The notes under the pieces: model-generated
What the model saw: the letters and a program-made list of their open reading frames with translations, nothing else
Told to the model about the DNA's origin: nothing
The model's database searches: none
In this document: positions 6,942-11,266 of the stretch, piece after piece
How the letters are laid out: each line of letters opens with the position of its first letter
How positions within the stretch are numbered: position 1 is the first letter of the stretch
Position numbers and translations under genes: made by a program
Assembly: GCA_013378385.1 (NCBI GenBank)
Contig: JACAFS010000033.1
Location: forward strand, 1-11,266
DNA from: Nitrososphaerota archaeon
GTDB lineage: Archaea > Thermoproteota > Nitrososphaeria > Nitrososphaerales > UBA57
Reading direction: 5' to 3'
DNA length: 11,266 nt

Positions 6942-7394
6942 TTAAACTTGGCCGAGTCGTCCGATATATCGTTCGTATTCGAGACGTAGGACATTATCTT
7001 CAATCGTAACGTATACAGTGTATTTACCTGGCAAATAGTAGTTTTTAGTTTCAATGGAATCAAAATTGTCGTAATCGCTAAGATCAATATAATGTTTTCC
7101 GGATATCATATTAACAAGAGTTACATATTTGATTTCAATAGATTTTCCATTTCCTTCTACCGTGAATATCGATACTGGAACTTCGTGAGTGAAAGACGCA
7201 TTATAAAGTTGATCTTTTGGGATATTACGAATTTTGGATTCTAGATCAGAAGTATATTGAGTACTCAGATTTATTGCATTGTATCTTAATGAGAAGACGA
7301 ATAGTAAAAGAAAAACAAGAACTATAACAGTGACATTCTTTTTATTTAATTTATTTAGAAGAACATTTCCTTTACGAAGGATTGAATCAATCAA
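6942..7394 (-). CDS. Hypothetical N-terminally membrane-anchored protein (150 aa), last gene of the ABC operon
   Basis: A single hydrophobic segment (VTVIVLVFLLLFVFSL) follows a basic N-terminus, and the rest looks beta-rich. I recognise no family. There is no ATG before residue 107, so the start must be TTG 7394, which lies 3 nt after the preceding TAG. Confidence 0.55.
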   Translation of the reverse strand: MIDSILRKGNVLLNKLNKKNVTVIVLVFLLLFVFSLRYNAINLSTQYTSDLESKIRNIPKDQLYNASFTHEVPVSIFTVEGNGKSIEIKYVTLVNMISGKHYIDLSDYDNFDSIETKNYYLPGKYTVYVTIEDNVLRLEYERYIGRLGQV

Positions 7395-7397
7395 ATT

Positions 7398-7889
7398 CTA
7401 ACCTTCGAATAACACACGCCACATGTCAAGGATATTTATCGGATAAGAGTAATAAGGCCATTCATATAATGAGTCAGAAATATCATCGAATGGAATAAAG
7501 AATTGGGCATCGCCAAATACATCATCGATCATTTCAGCATTAGCAGACGGATAACTTCCGTAAATCGTCGCAATCTGTCGTTGTGAATTTTCGCCAAGGA
7601 TTTCATTAATCATCAAAGTCGCAGCAGCTTTATTTGGAGAATTAAATGGAATGGTTGCATGAACACTGGTTTTTACACTGCCTTCAATGCCGAAATATAC
7701 TTCAATCTCATCGCTAATTTCTCCTTGAATTGATTCAAGTAAAATGGAGCCGTATCTAAAGTATCCGACTAGAACCTCTTCGTCGTCAAAGGCTTCAAGA
7801 ATGGAACTAACATCAAGTTCTGGTTCAATTTCGCCAAATAACTCATCCATTCCTTCCATTTCAGGTTCGTCCTCAATTTCAAAGTTCAA
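7398..7889 (-). CDS. C-terminal lobe of a family-1 ABC solute-binding protein. The boundaries are those of the track ORF, and this is probably not an independent gene.
   Basis: HATIPFNSPNKAAATLMINEILGENSQRQIATIYGSYPSAN resembles the conserved C-lobe segment of PotD/Fbp-like SBPs. The 'start' at 7889 is only the first TTG in the frame. The frame is open upstream to 8234 and is in phase with ORF 8235..8807. There is no signal sequence. Confidence 0.55.
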   Translation of the reverse strand: MNFEIEDEPEMEGMDELFGEIEPELDVSSILEAFDDEEVLVGYFRYGSILLESIQGEISDEIEVYFGIEGSVKTSVHATIPFNSPNKAAATLMINEILGENSQRQIATIYGSYPSANAEMIDDVFGDAQFFIPFDDISDSLYEWPYYSYPINILDMWRVLFEG

Positions 7890-8021
7890 TAATTCTGGCC
7901 ATTCAGATTCTAATGAAGAGTCATAGAATGATTCATAATATCCAGAGCTTCCATAGTGAAGGACTGTATTTACAACTAATGCCGCGCCTGCTTTATCGGC
8001 AACTGGACTAGGGAAAAAGAC

Positions 8022-8222
8022 GCCTTCTACTTCGTCGTCATCATCGTCGTCGTCATCTCCACTTCCTGAACCGTCATTATCGTCATCATGATCTTCAGCA
8101 GATGGGCAACGTTCTTCATCATCGTCGTCATCGTCATCTCCACTTCCTGAACCGTCATCATCGTCATCATCGTCATCTCCACTTCCTGAACCGTCATCGT
8201 CGTCATCGTCATCATCATCATC
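8022..8222 (-). repeat. In-frame acidic low-complexity cassette, (Asp)7-10 blocks separated by GSGSG, built from exact DNA repeats
   Basis: Hand translation in the SBP frame gives E-D10-GSGSG-D8-GSGSG-D7-EERCPSAEDHDDDND-GSGSG-D8-EVEG. The 27-mer cgtcatctccacttcctgaaccgtcat occurs exactly at 8051-8077, 8132-8158 and 8171-8197. The last two copies extend to an exact 32-nt match (8128-8159 and 8167-8198) with a 39-nt period. Confidence 0.9.
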
Positions 8223-8234
8223 TTCGCCAACTAA

Positions 8235-8807
8235 TCATAAGTAACAATATACATTTTCAAATTGGTAAAATTCGTCTGAATTATACATGTAAGAATATAC
8301 ATCAAACCACAAAGTTATACCTGAACCATCGTTATCAACACCAGCAATCTTTGACTTTAGTACTTCGTCAGTAACAGGACTAGTCGAAATATCAGAAATA
8401 ATACTGCCTGTTTGTGAAAATGTTAATTTTTTCTCGATTAAACGTGCAGTTGCTTCGTCATTAAGTATAACCAAATCAAAGGAACCAGAATTACGTCCAG
8501 AAACTTTTTCATTAATCAATGATGTCTGCACGCCAGACCAATGTCCAGTTGTGATTTCTACATCAATACCATATTTAGTAGAAAATTCATTAGTTATATA
8601 ATTGAAAAATGATTCGTCGTAAATTTCGTCGGCTACAAATATACTTAATCTACCTGATTCTTGAGCTAACGAAAGTAATTCGTTTTCTCCAGATGGAAGA
8701 ACATCAACAGTACCAGATTGTCCTAGTGAAAAATAAACAACAATAGTTCCGAGAAGCAGAATTAATGCTACTGCTATGGCAATTTGATTATTTCGTGATG
8801 TCATCAT
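8235..8807 (-). CDS. N-terminal signal-anchor plus N-lobe of a family-1 ABC solute-binding protein (PotD/Fbp-like), ending at a premature-looking TGA
   Basis: The N-terminal anchor is IAIAVALILLLGTIVVYF. It is followed by LSIFVADEIYDESFFNYITNEFSTKYGIDVEITTGHWSGVQTSLINE...FDLVILNDEATARLIEKKL...YMYNSDEF, the pattern of periplasmic-binding-protein N-lobes. At 190 aa it is less than half of a normal SBP. The ATG overlaps the upstream permease stop codon (ATGA). Confidence 0.8.
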   Translation of the reverse strand: MMTSRNNQIAIAVALILLLGTIVVYFSLGQSGTVDVLPSGENELLSLAQESGRLSIFVADEIYDESFFNYITNEFSTKYGIDVEITTGHWSGVQTSLINEKVSGRNSGSFDLVILNDEATARLIEKKLTFSQTGSIISDISTSPVTDEVLKSKIAGVDNDGSGITLWFDVYSYMYNSDEFYQFENVYCYL

Positions 8808-9688
8808 CGTTGTTCTTCAGCGCCAAGAGTAAATCCTCTAGCTAGATATCGTTGAACTGCAAGTGAAAGTATAACTGCAGGAATAATAGCAAGAGTGCCG
8901 CCTGCATTTAGCTCGTCAAATTCGAGGATTTTGAAAGATTCAATTGATTCAGAGAAACCAGACCATACACCACGTGAAACGGTTTTGGTTACTGTACCAG
9001 TTAAGAATAATGCATAAAAGAATTCATTCCAAGTACCAACAAAAGCAAATACAGCTGCTGCTGCAAGACCAGGTAAGGCCAAAGGTAATGCTACTTTTCT
9101 TAAGATATACGAGTCAGATGCGCCGGACATAAATGCAGCTTCAAATATTTCTTTTGGAATGTCTTTAAAGAATCCTCTCATCATCATAGTGATTATTGGT
9201 AAATTAATGATCAGATAAATGAAGGCCATGCCTTGATATGTATCAAACAATCCCAGTCTTCCATATATCAAGAAGAATGGCAATAATACTGCAAATGGAG
9301 AGATTGTTCTCATTGCAAGTAACGCATAAGTAATGAATGCCTTACCGCGAAACTTATACATGGCCAAGGTGAAACCAGCAGGAAGTCCTGCGAGGATAGC
9401 AACAATTACACTGCTAACAGCTATTATAACACTGTTGACAAGTAGTCTAGGATAGGCTTCTATTTGAAGTGCTTTAACGTATTCAATAGTCGTGAATCTA
9501 ATTCCTCCTTGTCCTTGGAAGAATTCTCCAACAAAACTAGCTCCACGTCCAGAAAACAATGGACCGATATCTACACGAAATCCTTCCTCAATCATAATTG
9601 AGATAGGCCATAGAACCCAAAGAGATGCAGATATCAATAATATGTATCTGATATATCGAGAATTATTTTTATTAGTTTGACTCATCAT
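8804..9688 (-). CDS. ABC transporter permease (binding-protein-dependent transport, MalG/PotC-like)
   Basis: The ORF has six hydrophobic segments and the EAA loop EAAFMSGASDSYILRKVALPLALPG. It starts 3 nt after the tandem TGATGA stops of the upstream permease. Confidence 0.92.
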   Translation of the reverse strand: MMSQTNKNNSRYIRYILLISASLWVLWPISIMIEEGFRVDIGPLFSGRGASFVGEFFQGQGGIRFTTIEYVKALQIEAYPRLLVNSVIIAVSSVIVAILAGLPAGFTLAMYKFRGKAFITYALLAMRTISPFAVLLPFFLIYGRLGLFDTYQGMAFIYLIINLPIITMMMRGFFKDIPKEIFEAAFMSGASDSYILRKVALPLALPGLAAAAVFAFVGTWNEFFYALFLTGTVTKTVSRGVWSGFSESIESFKILEFDELNAGGTLAIIPAVILSLAVQRYLARGFTLGAEEQR

Positions 9689-9691
9689 TCA

Positions 9692-10582
9692 TCAATCCAG
9701 TAAATTAGAAGACCTTCTTAAGACAAGTGCGCAAATAGATAATGTAATAATTAATAGAACAATTGCAATTGTAGTAATTTGTGCAATAGGAAAATCATAC
9801 AAAGTAGATGAGAACATTTTCCACATTAAAACACTAACAGTGTCTACAGACGCACCCAGTTCAGAATCTTGTCCAAGCCAGAAATTCCACGCATAAGGAA
9901 CTTCGAACATTCTAAATGCATCGGCCATTCTTAGAAGTAAAGTTACAATTATTGCTGGAGACGCGATGATTGCAGGAAAAGTTATTTTGTTAAATTTAGT
10001 CCAAGAAGAAGCTCCCATAACCTCAGCAGCTTCATATTGCTCTCTTGGAATTGAACGAATGATTGCAACTGTAACTAACATTAGGAGTGGAGCCCAAATA
10101 TAAGCGTCAGAGATCATAATTAATGAATAATATGTAAACGGTTTAGTGGTATCAATATATGTTCCAAGTGAAAGACCGTAATACAGTAAAGTATTAAGAT
10201 CGTCAAAAACAGAGTTTGGAGACCATAAAATACCTGTAACGATCGGAGCAATTGCAATAGGAATTACAAAAATTGATGAAAATATACTTCGAGCTCTTTT
10301 TCCTGAACTTGTGATTAACAATGCAAGGAATATGCCAACTACGAATTCAAGAAATACTGAACCAAAAACTAACAACAAAGTAACTTGAATTGCTTTCCAG
10401 AATATTGCATCAGATAAAAGTGCAATATAATTTTGAAATCCGACAGGAGCTTGTGAAGGATTGACTAATGAAAACTCGGACAGGCTCAAAAGAAATGACT
10501 GCAGTACAGGGCCTATGCCTGCAAGAAAAATTATAAGAAGACAGGGAATAAGAAAGACATATGGAACTTTCAAGTTAGTCAC
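9692..10582 (-). CDS. ABC transporter permease (MalF/PotB-like)
   Basis: The ORF is a polytopic membrane protein with the EAA loop EAAEVMGASSWTKFNKITFPAI. Its GTG start overlaps the ATPase stop codon (GTGA), which indicates translational coupling. Confidence 0.9.
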   Translation of the reverse strand: MTNLKVPYVFLIPCLLIIFLAGIGPVLQSFLLSLSEFSLVNPSQAPVGFQNYIALLSDAIFWKAIQVTLLLVFGSVFLEFVVGIFLALLITSSGKRARSIFSSIFVIPIAIAPIVTGILWSPNSVFDDLNTLLYYGLSLGTYIDTTKPFTYYSLIMISDAYIWAPLLMLVTVAIIRSIPREQYEAAEVMGASSWTKFNKITFPAIIASPAIIVTLLLRMADAFRMFEVPYAWNFWLGQDSELGASVDTVSVLMWKMFSSTLYDFPIAQITTIAIVLLIITLSICALVLRRSSNLLD

Positions 10583-11266
10583 CCTAGATATTTACCATCT
10601 ATATCAAATAGTTTTATATCATTATCGGAGAAATCTAGATTGATATCGTGGCCGTCGGAGAATACTGAATCATTTGGGACTTTAACTTTTATTACGGAAT
10701 CGTCTAATTTCACGTTAATGATTTTACTATCGCCTAGATATTCAGTAGATAAAACTGAACCAGCAAGTCTGCCTTTTTCAGAAGTTATACGTAGATTTTC
10801 AGGTCTGATTCCTACCACAACTTTATCCATTTTTACAGAAGATTTGAAATTGATTTTTTGTGACCCAATAACTAAAGAGTCATCTGAATTAACAGAATGA
10901 AGAAGGTTCATTGGAGGTGAACCAAGGAATGCTCCAATCCAAGAGTGGTTTGGTGAATCATAGATTTCTTCAGGTTTAGCAACTTGGAGTAATTTTCCAT
11001 CTTTAATTAATGCAATACGGTCTGCCATAGTCATAGCTTCAGTCTGATCATGTGTAACATAAATGAAAGTTATGCCTAATTTTTCATGAAGTTTTTTAAT
11101 TTCTGTACGCAATTCAGCACGGAGAGATGCGTCAAGGTTGGACAAAGGTTCGTCCATAAGAAATATCTTTGGTTTTTTAATTATAGCACGGCCAAGGGAA
11201 ACACGTTGTTGTTCACCGCCACTCAATGCGCCAGGTCTTCTTTCTAAGAGATCTTCTATCTGTAAC
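10579..11266 (-). CDS. ABC transporter ATP-binding subunit (MalK/PotA/UgpC-like with a C-terminal TOBE-type domain). The N-terminus runs off the right edge of the window.
   Basis: The track starts the ORF at a TTG inside the signature motif. Hand translation upstream gives ...LQIEDLLERRPGALSGGEQQRVSLGRAIIKKPKIFLMDEPLSNLDA (signature plus Walker B) and VTHDQTEA (H-loop), so the CDS continues beyond 11266. Confidence 0.93.
   Translation of the reverse strand, partial: LQIEDLLERRPGALSGGEQQRVSLGRAIIKKPKIFLMDEPLSNLDASLRAELRTEIKKLHEKLGITFIYVTHDQTEAMTMADRIALIKDGKLLQVAKPEEIYDSPNHSWIGAFLGSPPMNLLHSVNSDDSLVIGSQKINFKSSVKMDKVVVGIRPENLRITSEKGRLAGSVLSTEYLGDSKIINVKLDDSVIKVKVPNDSVFSDGHDINLDFSDNDIKLFDIDGKYLG

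Noticed and set aside
8051-8197. Three exact 27-nt repeats could be a mini CRISPR array.
   Set aside because: There are only three copies, the spacings are irregular (81 and 39 nt) and the 'spacers' are themselves GAY-codon runs. The whole region is in frame within a protein-coding gene, and there are no cas genes.
8235-8237. The in-frame TGA could be selenocysteine or a reassigned codon.
   Set aside because: TGA terminates the ATPase (10579), both permeases (9692 and 8804) and this ORF at homology-consistent ends, so it is a normal stop in this genome. Selenocysteine use is known only in a few methanogen lineages among Archaea, and I cannot identify a SECIS element by eye. The idea remains formally testable.
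8027-8374. A Met/Thr-rich ORF (8027..8230, -) and a His/Arg-rich ORF (8102..8374, +) overlap the repeat region.
   Set aside because: Both are alternative-frame or antisense readings of the GAY/GGT-TCA-GGA-AGT-GGA repeat. The frame that is continuous with SBP-like sequence on both sides encodes Asp/GSGSG, so these two ORFs are byproducts of the triplet repeat.
6942-8807. The whole minus-strand phase from 8807 to 6942 is one frame with only two stops (TGA 8235-8237 and TAG 7398-7400), which hints at one giant recoded protein.
   Set aside because: The third segment has its own N-terminal-style basic region plus transmembrane anchor, and read-through would give an implausible topology. Sharing a phase has a 1-in-3 chance per junction. 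I therefore treat 6942..7394 as a separate gene.
8944-10900. Plus-strand ORFs (8944..9132, 9492..9680, 10461..10643 and 10640..10900) lie opposite the permease and ATPase genes, and 7744..7926 lies opposite the SBP C-lobe.
   Set aside because: They are antisense shadows of well-supported ABC transporter genes.

Overview
This is a densely packed, visibly AT-rich archaeal chromosomal segment. A/T-rich TATA-like boxes sit about 25-35 nt upstream of several start codons, and the window carries a GPN-loop GTPase and a methylmalonyl-CoA mutase (MCM) split into separate catalytic and B12-binding genes. The gene content (amt, meaB and the split MCM) fits a marine ammonia-oxidising thaumarchaeon (Nitrosopumilales-like). 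That taxonomy is inference only. From left to right the window holds a partial prs (-), amt (-), a small zinc-ribbon protein (+), a CinA-like MoCF-domain protein (-) and a GPN-loop GTPase (+). Next come meaB (-), divergent from the MCM large and small subunits (+). The right half is a minus-strand, translationally coupled ABC importer operon: partial ATPase, permease, permease, solute-binding protein (SBP), then a small membrane-anchored unknown. I found no rRNA or tRNA genes, CRISPR array, transposase, integrase or recognisable defence genes, so most of the window is ordinary housekeeping. The one unusual locus is the SBP gene. The two ORFs at 8235..8807 and 7398..7889 are a single 470-codon reading frame cut by one in-frame TGA at 8235-8237. 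Five codons after that stop there is a poly-Asp/GSGSG cassette of about 66 codons, built from exact 27-32 nt DNA repeats and placed between the two lobes of the binding protein. Minor observations are a perfect 13-bp hairpin plus T-tract after amt, stop codons of convergent genes only 2-11 nt apart, and short repeated motifs in two divergent promoter regions.
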